A DNA stretch of 64,000 bases from Nitrospinales bacterium (GTDB lineage Bacteria; Nitrospinota; Nitrospinia; Nitrospinales; VA-1), in the NCBI GenBank assembly GCA_965262115.1, contig OZ253496.1:1540447-1604446 (forward strand), given 5' to 3'. Each line of letters opens with the position of its first letter. Position 1 is the first letter of the stretch. The notes below the pieces were generated by a model. It was given only the letters and a program-made list of their open reading frames with translations. It did no database searches and was not told the origin of the DNA. Positions 20,724 to 31,003 of this stretch are shown here, piece by piece. Made by a program: the position numbers and the translations under genes.

Positions 20724-21689
20724 ATGTATTCCAGCGATAATGGGCGGTTGCTTGTTTTTTCAGGTAGGGCCAATCCGTCCCTGGCGGAGGATATTTGTAA
20801 ATATCTTAAAGTTTCTTTAGGGAAAACGGTGGTCCGTGATTTCTCCGACAAGGAGATTTATGTGCGGATCGAAGAAAATGTTCGCGGCGGAGATGTTTTT
20901 GTTATTCAGCCGACTTGTTATCCCGGCAATACCAATTTGATGGAATTACTGATCATGATCGATGCCTTGCGCCGGTCATCAGCAAAAAGGATCACGTCGG
21001 TGATCCCTTATTATGGTTACGCGCGCCAGGATCGCAAATGCGAACCCAGGGTGCCAATCACCTCCAAGCTGGTTGCCGATTTGCTGGAAACGGCTGGAAC
21101 GGACCGGGTGTTGACTCTCGATCTTCATGCCGGACAGATACAGGGTTTTTTCAATATTCCCGTGGATCATCTGTTTGCCATGAATGTTCTGATTGAATAT
21201 ATCCGCACACTTGCTTTACCAAATTTGATTGTTATTTCACCCGATGCGGGAGGGGTGGAACGGGCCAGGGCATATGCCAAAAGGCTGAATACCTCTTTGT
21301 CCATTATCGATAAGCGCAGGTATATTCCGAACGAAGCCAAAGCCATGAATATTATTGGTGACGTGAAGGACAAGGTAGCGTTTATTGTGGACGATATGAT
21401 TGATACTGCGGGAACCCTCATGGAAGCGACCGATGCGTTGCTGGGGGTGGGCGCTAGCGAGGTTCATGCCTGTTGTTCTCATGCGGTTCTTTCCGGTCCT
21501 GCGGGGGAGCGAATCAGTAATTCTCGGATCAAGTCGGTGGTGACGACAAACAGCATTCCCTTAACCAACGGGTTAGAAAAAAACCCGAAGATCAAGGTGC
21601 TCACGGTCGCGCCGTTGTTGGGAGAAGCTATTTTAAGAATTCACGAAGAAACCTCGGTCAGTTCGTTATTCGATTCAACCCGAGAATAA
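20724..21689 (+). CDS. prs: Ribose-phosphate pyrophosphokinase Prs
   Basis: The ORF track starts at 20574 and would overlap tRNA-Gln. The ATG at 20724 gives [24 protein letters not shown]..., a typical Prs N-terminus. PRPP-binding loop [10 protein letters not shown]. Confidence 0.9.
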   Translation: MYSSDNGRLLVFSGRANPSLAEDICKYLKVSLGKTVVRDFSDKEIYVRIEENVRGGDVFVIQPTCYPGNTNLMELLIMIDALRRSSAKRITSVIPYYGYARQDRKCEPRVPITSKLVADLLETAGTDRVLTLDLHAGQIQGFFNIPVDHLFAMNVLIEYIRTLALPNLIVISPDAGGVERARAYAKRLNTSLSIIDKRRYIPNEAKAMNIIGDVKDKVAFIVDDMIDTAGTLMEATDALLGVGASEVHACCSHAVLSGPAGERISNSRIKSVVTTNSIPLTNGLEKNPKIKVLTVAPLLGEAILRIHEETSVSSLFDSTRE

Positions 21690-21761
21690 AAAATCAGGCT
21701 TTGGCGTTGCATATTATGCGTAGTGCGCTCATAGCTTTTATCTAATGGATGGGAGTATAGA

Positions 21762-22427
21762 ATGTCAGCTTTAGCGGGAAAATTAAGAGAAGTAACCGGC
21801 AAGTCTGCCACGCGGAAACTTAGAAACGATGAGACCATGCCTGCAGTTCTATATGGACTGAAAGACAACCTCAGCCTGACGGTTAACCCCAAGGAATTGA
21901 GAAAGCTCCTTGAAGCAAAGGGCCGCAATGCCTTGATTGAACTCGAAATTGAAGGTGACTCCAAACGCAGCGTGGTGGTGAAAGAATATCAAGCCCACCC
22001 TTTAAAGCCGGGTTGGGTGCATGCGGATTTCCTGGAAGTGGATGTTACTAAAAAAATCAAGGTCAAGGTTCCTGTTGTGCTGGTGGGTGATTCACCCGGC
22101 GTAAAAATGGGCGGGTTGGTCAACCACATCCTTCGCAATATTGAGGTGGAGAGTGTTCCCTTGAATATCCCTGAAAAAATTGAGGTGCAGATGGGTGGAG
22201 TGGAACTCAATGATGTGATTCATGTTTCCGATCTTACGGTAGGAGAAGATGTGGAAATTCTCAACAACCCCAGTGATGCTGTGGTGACCGTTCATGTTGA
22301 AAAAGTGAAAGAAGAGACACCTGAAGGCGAGGAAGGCGAAGAAGTCCTAGAAGGCGAGACTGATGAAGGCGCTGAAGCCACCGCAGATGCACCGGCTGAT
22401 GCTGCCGGTAAAAAAGAAGACGGTTAA
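21762..22427 (+). CDS. rplY: 50S ribosomal protein L25 / general stress protein Ctc
   Basis: 221-aa ORF with an L25 N-domain (RKLRNDETMPAVLYG) and an acidic C-terminal tail. Confidence 0.85.
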   Translation: MSALAGKLREVTGKSATRKLRNDETMPAVLYGLKDNLSLTVNPKELRKLLEAKGRNALIELEIEGDSKRSVVVKEYQAHPLKPGWVHADFLEVDVTKKIKVKVPVVLVGDSPGVKMGGLVNHILRNIEVESVPLNIPEKIEVQMGGVELNDVIHVSDLTVGEDVEILNNPSDAVVTVHVEKVKEETPEGEEGEEVLEGETDEGAEATADAPADAAGKKEDG

Positions 22428-22435
22428 AATAAATA

Positions 22436-22993
22436 GTGTTCTTGATTTTGGGTCTGGGCAATCCCGGGCCACGCTACGAATTGACACGGCACAACGCGGG
22501 TTTTTGGGTGGCGGATAACCTGGCCGATAAATATGATATCCGGCTGGGGTGCCACAAATATTTCTCCTTGTATGGAAAAGGAGAATTGGATGGACTCGAA
22601 GTTGTTATAGCGAAACCGATGACCTATATGAATGAAAGCGGAAAAGCGGCCAAGTCGTTGCTTTCCGCTTTTAATCTTTCCCCAGAGCGATTGCTGGTGA
22701 TTCATGACGACATTGATCTTCCTCTTGGCAAGGTTAAGAAAAAGTTCAAGGGCGGCGATGGCGGGCAACGGGGAATCCGATCAACGATCCGATCCATACG
22801 GACCGGGGAATTTGCGCGAGTTCGAGTGGGGATCGGTAGGCCCGAGGATAAAGGCGATATTGTTGATTATGTGTTGTCCCCATTTGAAGAAGAAGATTCG
22901 GGCCTGATAAATGAAACTATGGAACAAGCGGTGCAAGCGGTAGAAGCGGCGCTCAAAGAACTCAATAAACGATCTAAATCTACGGAGGATTGA
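22436..22993 (+). CDS. pth: Peptidyl-tRNA hydrolase
   Basis: 185-aa ORF with a GTG start and [21 protein letters not shown]. Confidence 0.9.
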   Translation: MFLILGLGNPGPRYELTRHNAGFWVADNLADKYDIRLGCHKYFSLYGKGELDGLEVVIAKPMTYMNESGKAAKSLLSAFNLSPERLLVIHDDIDLPLGKVKKKFKGGDGGQRGIRSTIRSIRTGEFARVRVGIGRPEDKGDIVDYVLSPFEEEDSGLINETMEQAVQAVEAALKELNKRSKSTED

Positions 22994-25074
22994 ACGGAAT
23001 GTTAACGGAACATAAAGGTGAAATGATTTTCATCGGATTTGCCATGATCTTGTATCTGGTGATGGCCGCTTTTGATGTGTCGCAGAAATTTGTTTATCTG
23101 GCGGTCTTATTTGGGTTATTCGGGCTCGTCATAGCCTGGAAACTTTTTGAAAGCGTGGATGATGAACCGGCCGGCAATGAAAAAATGACCGAAATCGCCG
23201 ATGCCATCCATGAAGGTGCAATGGTTTTCCTGGCCAGGGAATATAGAATACTGGGTTATTTTGTGGGAGGGGTGTTCCTTCTGCTGTTGGTTTTGATTTC
23301 CGTACAGAGTGGTTTGTGGATCGGTCTGTGGACAGCCATTGCTTATGCAGTAGGGGCTGGGTGTTCCATGCTTGCCGGATTTTTCGGCATGAACGCGGCG
23401 ACCACCTCCGGGGTACGAACTTCTCAGGCTGCTTTGGATGGCGGTCAGGCTAAAGCCCTCAACATCGCTTTCAACGGCGGTGCGGTGATGGGACTTTGTG
23501 TGGCGAGTTTGGGCCTGATCGGGGTTGGCGGATTGTTCACCCTGTTTGGCCGTGGAGAGTCTATCGGAGTCATCAGCGGATTTGCCATGGGCGCCAGTTC
23601 CATCGCGCTGTTTGCGCGCGTGGGCGGAGGCATCTACACCAAAACTGCCGACGTTGGTTCCGACCTGGTTGGTAAAGTGGAAGCGGGAATCCCGGAAGAC
23701 GATCCAAGAAACCCGGGGGTTATTGCTGACAACGTCGGAGACTGTGTGGGCGATACTGCAGGTTTGGGAGCAGATATTTTTGAGTCCTACTGCGGTTCCA
23801 TGATTGCTACCATTGCTCTCGGTGCAGGCATGGCAACCATGAAGTTTGAATACATGGCCCTGCCGATCCTGGTTGCCATGATCGGCCTGGTGGCTTCTGT
23901 CCTGGGAATCCGGGCCATGAGTGCTTTGGGAAACATGGATCCTTCCGCCGCACTGCGCAATTGTACTTTTATCAGCGCCGGGGCCATGTTGTTCGTCACC
24001 TTTTTTCTGATTAAGGTTATGGGACTGCCTTCTGGCGTTTTTGTCGCCTTGTTGTTTGGTTGTCTGGCAGGTATTGGTATTGGCCTGATCACCGAGTATT
24101 ACACGGCTGGCAAACCAGTTATCCGCATTGCAGAGGCAAGTGAAACAGGGGTTGCGACAGTAATGATCACGGGTCTTGCGATAGCAATGGAAAGTTGTGT
24201 TGTGCCTATCCTGATCATTGCGTTGACGATTTTTGTGAGTGCCGAATTCGCCGGTCTCTATGGTGTGGCGCTTGCGGCCGTGGGTATGCTGGCAACAGTA
24301 GGCATCACCATGTCGGTCGATGCTTACGGACCGATTGCGGATAACGCAGGCGGAATCTCTGAAATGGCTGGGCTGGGGGAAGAAACCCGTAAGATTACTG
24401 ATGGACTAGATCAAGTGGGTAACACCACGGCCGCTATCGGTAAAGGTTTCGCCATTGGTTCTGCGGCTCTGACGGCACTGGCCTTGTTTGCCGCGTTCAC
24501 CCAGGCGGCAAACATTGATTCGATTGATATTACCAAAACGACAGTCATCATTGGTGTCTTTTTGGGTGGGGCGATTCCCTTCTATGTCGCCGCTCTCACC
24601 ATGACTTCGGTGGGCGAGGCGGCCATGAAAATGGTTGAAGAAATCCGCCGCCAGTTCAGAGAGATTCCTGGGTTGATGGAAGGCACGGCAAAACCAGACA
24701 GTGCCCGTTGTATCGATATCAGCACTCAGGCGGCCTTGAGAGAAATGGTCGCCCCGGGTGTAGTGGCTTTCCTTAGTCCCATCATTGTCGGTTCAGTGCT
24801 TGGAGCAGAAGCTCTGGGAGGTATGCTGATGGGTGCCACGCTTACTGGCGTTTTGCTGGCGTTGTTTATGTCTAATGGTGGCGGTGCCTGGGATAACGCG
24901 AAAAAATATGTGGAAGCGGGTAACCTGGGTGGTAAAGGTTCCCCTGCTCACCACGCTACAGTAGTTGGAGATACGGTTGGAGATCCGCTGAAAGATACAT
25001 CGGGTCCGGCGATGAACATCCTGATCAAATTGATGTCTATCGTCTCCCTGGTGATGGCGCCGTTTTTCCTGTAA
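22990..25074 (+). CDS. hppA: Membrane-bound proton/sodium-translocating pyrophosphatase, K+-dependent type
   Basis: 694-aa polytopic ORF with [21 protein letters not shown] and [18 protein letters not shown] motifs. The start is TTG 22990 or ATG 22999. Confidence 0.9.
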   Translation: MNGMLTEHKGEMIFIGFAMILYLVMAAFDVSQKFVYLAVLFGLFGLVIAWKLFESVDDEPAGNEKMTEIADAIHEGAMVFLAREYRILGYFVGGVFLLLLVLISVQSGLWIGLWTAIAYAVGAGCSMLAGFFGMNAATTSGVRTSQAALDGGQAKALNIAFNGGAVMGLCVASLGLIGVGGLFTLFGRGESIGVISGFAMGASSIALFARVGGGIYTKTADVGSDLVGKVEAGIPEDDPRNPGVIADNVGDCVGDTAGLGADIFESYCGSMIATIALGAGMATMKFEYMALPILVAMIGLVASVLGIRAMSALGNMDPSAALRNCTFISAGAMLFVTFFLIKVMGLPSGVFVALLFGCLAGIGIGLITEYYTAGKPVIRIAEASETGVATVMITGLAIAMESCVVPILIIALTIFVSAEFAGLYGVALAAVGMLATVGITMSVDAYGPIADNAGGISEMAGLGEETRKITDGLDQVGNTTAAIGKGFAIGSAALTALALFAAFTQAANIDSIDITKTTVIIGVFLGGAIPFYVAALTMTSVGEAAMKMVEEIRRQFREIPGLMEGTAKPDSARCIDISTQAALREMVAPGVVAFLSPIIVGSVLGAEALGGMLMGATLTGVLLALFMSNGGGAWDNAKKYVEAGNLGGKGSPAHHATVVGDTVGDPLKDTSGPAMNILIKLMSIVSLVMAPFFL

Positions 25075-25094
25075 CTGAAATAAGGTTTAAGTTA

Positions 25095-25130
25095 AAGGGA
25101 TGGGGGCTTGCCCCCATCCCTTTTCTTTTT
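25095..25130 (+). terminator. Rho-independent terminator after hppA
   Basis: AAGGGATGGGGG-CTTG-CCCCCATCCCTT is a perfect 12-bp stem followed by TTCTTTTT. Confidence 0.85.
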
Positions 25131-25147
25131 AGAAAGGAGTCTGTTTC

Positions 25148-25924
25148 GTGCTGTTAGGAATTCATGACTTTATAAATTCACAGCCTCTTTTGGAGCCTTT
25201 GAGGAAACGGGCTCTGGATATCCGTACCGACTCCCCGGCGCGGCTGGCCGATCAATTATCTGGCGGAGAGCTGGATATGGCCATGATTCCCGCCATCGAA
25301 TATTTAAAGCAGGCCGATCGGTTTCGACTTTTACCGAACATTTCCATAGCCTCCAGAAACAAGGTGGGAACCGTTTTGCTGGTCTCCAAGGTTCCTCTTA
25401 ATTCTATCCGCTCTTTGGCACTGGATGACCGTTCGAGAACTTCGGTCGCGTTGATCCAGGTGCTTTACTCGAAAGTGTTTGTGACCGGACTCAAACTGGA
25501 GAGCCAGGAGCCCGATCCGGAAAAGATGCTCGAAAATCACGATGCCGCATTGATCATTGGCGATCAGGCTCTGGGGTTTTCCAAAGAAGGCGTGTCAGTC
25601 TATGACCTCAGCGAAGAGTGGTTCAACCAGACAGGCAAAACTTTTGTTCACGCCGTGATGGCAGTTCGGGAAGGTGTCAAGGTGGAGGGTGGAATTATTC
25701 AAACCCTGCTGGATGCAAAGCAGGAAGGAATGGAAAACCTGGATACGATTGCCGAGAGTCAGGCAAAGAAAACGGATCATCCTGTGTCTTTATTGCAGGA
25801 CTATCTCAAAAATAAAATTCGTTACGATTTTGGCGAAGAGGAAATAGAAGGGCTCGTGCATTTTCAGTCCCTTTGCCACGAGACCGACCTGATTCCACAA
25901 AAATTTCCCTTAAAGTTTGTTTGA
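25148..25924 (+). CDS. mqnA: Chorismate dehydratase MqnA (futalosine pathway of menaquinone synthesis)
   Basis: 258-aa ORF with a GTG start. It shows the MqnA/VitK2_biosynth pattern (FINSQPL...GELDMAMIPAIEY...). Confidence 0.7.
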   Translation: MLLGIHDFINSQPLLEPLRKRALDIRTDSPARLADQLSGGELDMAMIPAIEYLKQADRFRLLPNISIASRNKVGTVLLVSKVPLNSIRSLALDDRSRTSVALIQVLYSKVFVTGLKLESQEPDPEKMLENHDAALIIGDQALGFSKEGVSVYDLSEEWFNQTGKTFVHAVMAVREGVKVEGGIIQTLLDAKQEGMENLDTIAESQAKKTDHPVSLLQDYLKNKIRYDFGEEEIEGLVHFQSLCHETDLIPQKFPLKFV

Positions 25925-25941
25925 GGATGGGCTCCGAAAAC

Positions 25942-26688
25942 TCAACTCGGCTTTTGTTTTAAATAATCCCAACCCCAATTAAACCCTTCTTTAATAAACT
26001 GGCCTAATTTCTGCACAGAAGATTCAACGAAGTCGAGATAAGCCTGGACGGCTTCAGTGCGTTGTGGTTCGTCCGGCTCTGATGAGGAAGGTTCTGGAGA
26101 AGCGATCACTTCAGTCACCACTGCCTCGGCTACATTCTGTTTTAAAGTCGGCTCAGGTTCTTCGAGGCTTGCGGTTTCCTGCAGTTCTTCCGCCACATCT
26201 TCCTCTTCGGGAGTCTGATCAAAATCGTTGCCAGAGAGGTGGGCCGCTGATGTGGACGGTGGGCCGCTGATACGTGTTTCCTGAATTTCAGGAGGCGAGA
26301 CGGTAGCAAGCTTGGCAATTTCAGCCTCAGGAACCTCAGCGGGTTCTGAAATTTTAGCAACCGTCTCGTCCATAAAGGGCGGTGTTGGGGTGACCAATGC
26401 CAGTGGTTTGGAAGGAGCTGATTTTGGGGAAACGAAGTTTAAAATTTCAGCGGGAATGAGGTTGTTGAAATATAGATAGCCGCCCGAACCTATCAAAACA
26501 AGAACCAGGAGCAAAAAGACTTTCCCTGCGCCGGATTTTTTCTTTTCTTCTGGAGGCAGAAACTCCTGTTCCTCAAACCCGGGATCGGATTCAGAATCTT
26601 CCGGCGTCTCCACCGCAACAGGGAGAGCTTCTTCTTTTTCTAGAGAGTCTGAGTCTTGCGGTTTTTCTGATTCGCTGTTTTCTTGCAT
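25942..26688 (-). CDS. Hypothetical single-pass membrane protein, acidic and Pro/Glu-rich
   Basis: One TM segment (VFLLLVLVLIGSGGYLYF). The start is set at ATG 26688 because the upstream 18 codons of the tracked ORF are repeat-module sequence. No family was recognised. Confidence 0.5.
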   Translation of the reverse strand: MQENSESEKPQDSDSLEKEEALPVAVETPEDSESDPGFEEQEFLPPEEKKKSGAGKVFLLLVLVLIGSGGYLYFNNLIPAEILNFVSPKSAPSKPLALVTPTPPFMDETVAKISEPAEVPEAEIAKLATVSPPEIQETRISGPPSTSAAHLSGNDFDQTPEEEDVAEELQETASLEEPEPTLKQNVAEAVVTEVIASPEPSSSEPDEPQRTEAVQAYLDFVESSVQKLGQFIKEGFNWGWDYLKQKPS

Positions 26689-26692
26689 AAGA

Positions 26693-26890
26693 CCACTAGC
26701 CGTGGAGGCAGATAGCAATAAATCGTTGGGCCGAGCAGCCAATGGAGCGCAAGTTAAAGATATTGCAATTTTCCAGAGGCGGTGCGGCGTCCACTCGCCG
26801 TGGAGGCAACTGGAAAAAACTTCATCCAGAAGCTCAATGACCCTCGTTCGCCCTATAACGTACCAACCTTTTTCCCGTGGCGGTGCGCCA
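26693..26890. repeat. Cluster of short hairpin repeat modules
   Basis: CCACTAGCCGTGGAGGCAGATAGC (26693-26715) and CAAGTTAAAGATATTGCAATT (26750-26770, identical to 29187-29207), plus further CCGTGGAGGC / CCACTAGTGG motifs. Confidence 0.8.
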
Positions 26891-27769
26891 CTAGTGGATG
26901 ATTTTGTTTAAGGGATATTCGACAATATCTTCTGCGCCAGCGTTTTTAAGGTCGGGTACAATATCCCGCACCAGTTTTTCTTCCAGAATAACATTCACGG
27001 CAACCCAGCCCTTTTCGCTGAGTTCGGAGATGGTGGGTTTTTTCCCCGGCGGAAAAATTTTAATAATGGCATCAAGATTATCTTTCGGGGCGTTCAGCAT
27101 CAGCCCTACCCGGCCGTTTGCGGCCATGGCTCCCTGCAACATCAAAACAAGGCGATCCACTTTATTTCTTTTCCACTTGTCCTGGCTGGCTTGCTTGTTC
27201 ATGATAAAGCGGGTTGTCGATTCCATCAAGGTGTCCACAATGCGCAGGTTGTTAGCTCTCAGAGAAGACCCGGTTTCGGTAACTTCAACAATGGCATCCA
27301 CCAGTTTAGGAGCTTTAACTTCTGTTGCTCCCCAGGAAAACTCAATGTTCGCGGTCACTCCCTTTTCTTTCAGCCAGTCGGTGGTCAGGTTAACCACTTC
27401 AGTGGCGATGCGTTTGCCCTGCAGGTCTTTAACTGATTGGATGGCAGAATCGTTGGGGACGCACAGCACCCAGCGTACTGGCCGGGCGGAGACCTTTGAA
27501 TAAACCAGAGGTGCGATCTCTTCAACATCGGCACGATTCTCAAGAATCCAGTCTTTGCCTGTCAGACCGGCATCGAGCACTCCATCCGCCACATAACGGG
27601 CTATTTCCTGGGCGCGGATCAGCATGCATTCGATCTCGTCATCATCGATGCTGGGAAAATAGGACCGGCTTTTAATGGTGATGTTATAACCTGCGCGCGC
27701 GAAAAGTTTAACGGTTGCTTCTTCCAGGCTTCCTTTGGGAATTCCTAACTTCAATACGTTACCGCTCAT
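26891..27769 (-). CDS. hisG: ATP phosphoribosyltransferase, long form
   Basis: 292-aa ORF with [12 protein letters not shown] and a C-terminal regulatory domain. Confidence 0.9.
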   Translation of the reverse strand: MSGNVLKLGIPKGSLEEATVKLFARAGYNITIKSRSYFPSIDDDEIECMLIRAQEIARYVADGVLDAGLTGKDWILENRADVEEIAPLVYSKVSARPVRWVLCVPNDSAIQSVKDLQGKRIATEVVNLTTDWLKEKGVTANIEFSWGATEVKAPKLVDAIVEVTETGSSLRANNLRIVDTLMESTTRFIMNKQASQDKWKRNKVDRLVLMLQGAMAANGRVGLMLNAPKDNLDAIIKIFPPGKKPTISELSEKGWVAVNVILEEKLVRDIVPDLKNAGAEDIVEYPLNKIIH

Positions 27770-27811
27770 GGATTGGCTTCTTTCTAAAGAAAAATTATTT
27801 AAAAGGGCGGA

Positions 27812-28183
27812 TTATTTTTTATAAACTTTTTCTGGATCAAAAACTTTTTCTTCGATGATTTTCACGTCGCCGTTAACTTTTCTGAAAAAACAACTGGTAT
27901 AGCCTTTATGGCAGGCGGCATTGCCAACTTGTTCGACTTTCAGCAGAACTGTGTCGTCATCGCAGTCGACAAAAACTTCCTTAACGATTTGCACGTTACC
28001 GCTTTCTTCACCTTTCATCCATTGTTTGTCGCGCGAGCGGCTGTAGAACCAGGCTTTTCCGGTTTCCAGGGTTTTTCCCCAGGCAATGGTGTTCATGTAC
28101 GCAAGCATCAGAACCTTGCCGGTTTCCGCGTCCTGAATGATGACCGGGACCAGACCGCCCATCTTATCAAAATCCAATTTCAT
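27812..28183 (-). CDS. hisI: Phosphoribosyl-AMP cyclohydrolase
   Basis: 123-aa ORF ([22 protein letters not shown]...[10 protein letters not shown]). Confidence 0.9.
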   Translation of the reverse strand: MKLDFDKMGGLVPVIIQDAETGKVLMLAYMNTIAWGKTLETGKAWFYSRSRDKQWMKGEESGNVQIVKEVFVDCDDDTVLLKVEQVGNAACHKGYTSCFFRKVNGDVKIIEEKVFDPEKVYKK

Positions 28184-28496
28184 AAACCTTCTCCAATACG
28201 TGATAACGCAGTGAAAATGCGCTTAAATTTGAGACTAATTAGGGGTCAGAACCTGAATCCCTGAAACTTCTCCAGTATTGAGGAAGACCGAAATGGCACA
28301 TTCATATTATTGGGTAAAAACCCAATAAATACTGGCTCAAGGTGAAGCTTGAAAATTTAAAATATAATTGATTTTATGTCAGCCTTATAATAGCCTGTTT
28401 GAAACCGAATTAGTTGTTTTTTTTGTTTGTTTTGCGACATTCCCCTGTTGAATTTATGGGGAATTAAACGATTTGATCCTATTTGAAAGAGGTCTT

Positions 28497-29117
28497 ATGC
28501 CTTCGATCACCCATTTTGAAATCTATAAACCTGCGGAGCCGTGTAGTTATACCGGTGAAAAATTGCGGGAAGTCATGACGAAAATAATCTCCGAAACGCT
28601 CACTCCAGACGGTACAGACTTGAACTTGAAAGGCTATTGCATTGGCCCAAATGGCATGACGATCATTACCCGTGACGAACGTGTTGCCAAAGTGCGACGA
28701 TTAAACCTGGGGGGCAACCGCATTGGCGATGCCGGGGTCAAGCTATTGGCGGAGGCGGAGTTGTTTTCCAAGGTCAGCTGGTTGGAGCTTGGAGGGAACG
28801 ATATTGGGCCGGATGGCATCCGTTCCCTGGCGAGTTCAAATGCATTGAAAAAGGTCAAATCCCTCAATCTTTATCGCAACTACCTTAAGGACGAGGGGGC
28901 GATTATTCTTGCTAATGAGAACCAGTTGGCAAAAGTTGAGGATCTTGACCTGGCTCAGAATGAGATCGGGGATGACGGCATTTTGGCTCTTTCCCGGTCG
29001 AAAAAATTTCCTGAACTGGTGAGCATCGCTTTGGACAATAATTTTTCTTCTGCTGAAGGAAAAGAAGAGGCCAAAGTCGGCCCTAACTTTAAAAAGCTCC
29101 AGTCCCTCAACCTGTAA
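28497..29117 (+). CDS. Leucine-rich-repeat protein, ribonuclease-inhibitor (RNI)-like repeats
   Basis: ATG at 28497 with SD AGAGG. It has about six 28-aa repeats of the type L.L..N.IGD.G...LA......L..L.L. No signal peptide is evident. Confidence 0.65.
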   Translation: MPSITHFEIYKPAEPCSYTGEKLREVMTKIISETLTPDGTDLNLKGYCIGPNGMTIITRDERVAKVRRLNLGGNRIGDAGVKLLAEAELFSKVSWLELGGNDIGPDGIRSLASSNALKKVKSLNLYRNYLKDEGAIILANENQLAKVEDLDLAQNEIGDDGILALSRSKKFPELVSIALDNNFSSAEGKEEAKVGPNFKKLQSLNL

Positions 29118-29270
29118 CTACTAGGCGCCAGCGTGACGCTGGACTCAGCGTGCAAGAACCCGTTAAGCCGAGTAGCCGATTGAGGGCAAGTTAAAGATAT
29201 TGCAATTGGCCCCACGCCTAGTGGTTGCTAGTTGCCAGCGGAGGCACTCCGCTTACTCATTCGTGGGATT
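29118..29270. repeat. Cluster of short hairpin repeat modules
   Basis: CAAGTTAAAGATATTGCAATT (29187-29207), GGCCCCACGCCTAGTGG (29209-29224) and GCGGAGGCACTCCGC. Confidence 0.8.
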
Positions 29271-29278
29271 AAAATATC

Positions 29279-29851
29279 ATGTCAGAAGCTAACCAAGATT
29301 ATGGGAAAGGTCATTTTATGATCGCTAATCCTGTTTTGCCGGACCCTAGTTTTTCCCGAACGGTGGTGTTGTTATGCAATCATGACGACCAGGGTTCGTT
29401 TGGCTTGGTGATTAATCGGTCTGCCCCTGCCAGCGCCAAAGAGATTTTTGAGGGCATGGGCATTTCAAATTCTCCCTCAGGGAAAATTTATTTAGGTGGT
29501 CCCGTGTCCCCCTCGCAGGTGTTTTACCTTTGCCACTCAAAAACTCCTTTGCTGGAACTGGATGCCATTTGTGATGGAGTTTATCTGGGAATGAGTTGGG
29601 AACTTCTTGATAATTTGATGACGCGGGTTGAAGATCCGGAAAAAAATATCAGGTTTTATATGGGCTATTCCGGTTGGGGCGCAGGTCAGCTTGTGGGCGA
29701 GATGACCCGGCTCAGCTGGTTGACTTGTGAAGCGCAAAGCGAATTTGTGTTTCAGGAAAATGAAGAGGGCGTCTGGGCAAATGCCGTGAAGTCCATGGGC
29801 AAAGATTACGAATACCTGATCAAAGCCCCCGTTAACCCACAATGGAACTAA
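29279..29851 (+). CDS. YqgE/AlgH family protein (UPF0301)
   Basis: 190-aa ORF (FSRTVVLLCNHDDQGSFGLVINR ... GYSGWGAGQL). Confidence 0.8.
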   Translation: MSEANQDYGKGHFMIANPVLPDPSFSRTVVLLCNHDDQGSFGLVINRSAPASAKEIFEGMGISNSPSGKIYLGGPVSPSQVFYLCHSKTPLLELDAICDGVYLGMSWELLDNLMTRVEDPEKNIRFYMGYSGWGAGQLVGEMTRLSWLTCEAQSEFVFQENEEGVWANAVKSMGKDYEYLIKAPVNPQWN

Positions 29852-30030
29852 CCCACTAGCCGTGGGGGCAGATAGCCATAACTTTTTCCGGCAAAAAAAG
29901 TTGTCGCGGCTTAATGGGTTGGGGTGATTGACCTCCAGTGGGGTTGCCGTGCCCGAGTGAGAGGATGTTTTATTCTTCTTTAGCTTTCATGATCCTGTGA
30001 TTTCCCCTGACGTTAACTTCATGCCCTGCA
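29852..30030. repeat. Cluster of short hairpin repeat modules
   Basis: CCCACTAGCCGTGGGGGCAGATAGCC (29852-29877), GGGTTGGGGTGATTGACC (29916-29933, also at 48974-48991) and CTTCATGCCCTGCAGGGTA. Confidence 0.8.
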
Positions 30031-30037
30031 GGGTACA

Positions 30038-31003
30038 ATGAGTAATAACTTTCACCGGCCTCCGGCAACCCAGCAAATTTATAAATCCACAATTCCTACG
30101 CAATACCACGGTTTTGTTATCGAACAGTATTTTTCCTTACGATTTCCCTATCAGACCCGGCAAGCGTGGGTGGCGCAGATTATAAACGGAGACATCAGGT
30201 TAAACGGAGAAAAGGCCCAACCCGGGTGTATCCTTCATAAGGGGGACAGCATCATCACTCATGCGGGGGTTCGTCAGGAACCTCTGGCGGACCGCAGGTT
30301 GAGGGTTGTTTATCAAGACAGGCATATCCGGGTGTTCAACAAGCCGGCACCCATTCCCGTGCATCCGAGTGGCCGGTATTTTCAAAACAGCATGACCGAA
30401 GTCTTGAAGGAAATGTTTCCGGAGGAGGTTCCACGTCCTGTGCAACGGTTAGACGCAACCACCACCGGGTTGATCGTGTTTGCCCGGTCCCGTCAGGCTG
30501 CGGGATTCTTAATGAAAGAGTTTCAAAACCATCGAGTGCAGAAAGAATATCTGGCCTTGGTGAAAGGCAAGCCGGAGAAAAAGCAGTTCACTTTGACAGC
30601 CCCTATTGGAGTGGTGGCCGGGGTGCAACGAGGCGTGGGAGAGGGAATCAGGAAACCGCAAGCCGCGACCACCCAGGTTGAATGGTTGGCCTCCACCGAC
30701 ACTCATTCTATTTTAAAAGTGGTTCCCTTGTCTGGCAGAACCAATCAGATTCGCGTGCATTTATCCAGTCAGGACCTGCCAATTTTAAATGATGAGGTTT
30801 ATGGAGAAGGGAACCTGGAAAGTTATGAGTATGGACTGCATGCCTGGAAGCTGAGTTTCCATTGTTTTGACCGCTATCTGGAGTTTGAAGTAGCTCCTCC
30901 TCCACATTTCCAATCTTTTTGGGAAGATTTTGATAGAAAAAGTTTATGGACTTACTGCAATCATCACTTGTATCGGATGCACCCGCGAGTCAGGGAAAAC
31001 TGA
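30038..31003 (+). CDS. RluA-family pseudouridine synthase with an S4-like N-terminal domain
   Basis: 321-aa ORF with the catalytic-loop motif VQRLDATTTGLIVFARS. Confidence 0.8.
   Translation: MSNNFHRPPATQQIYKSTIPTQYHGFVIEQYFSLRFPYQTRQAWVAQIINGDIRLNGEKAQPGCILHKGDSIITHAGVRQEPLADRRLRVVYQDRHIRVFNKPAPIPVHPSGRYFQNSMTEVLKEMFPEEVPRPVQRLDATTTGLIVFARSRQAAGFLMKEFQNHRVQKEYLALVKGKPEKKQFTLTAPIGVVAGVQRGVGEGIRKPQAATTQVEWLASTDTHSILKVVPLSGRTNQIRVHLSSQDLPILNDEVYGEGNLESYEYGLHAWKLSFHCFDRYLEFEVAPPPHFQSFWEDFDRKSLWTYCNHHLYRMHPRVREN

Noticed and set aside
26898-27503. 201-aa plus-strand ORF opposite hisG
   Set aside because: It is antisense to hisG.
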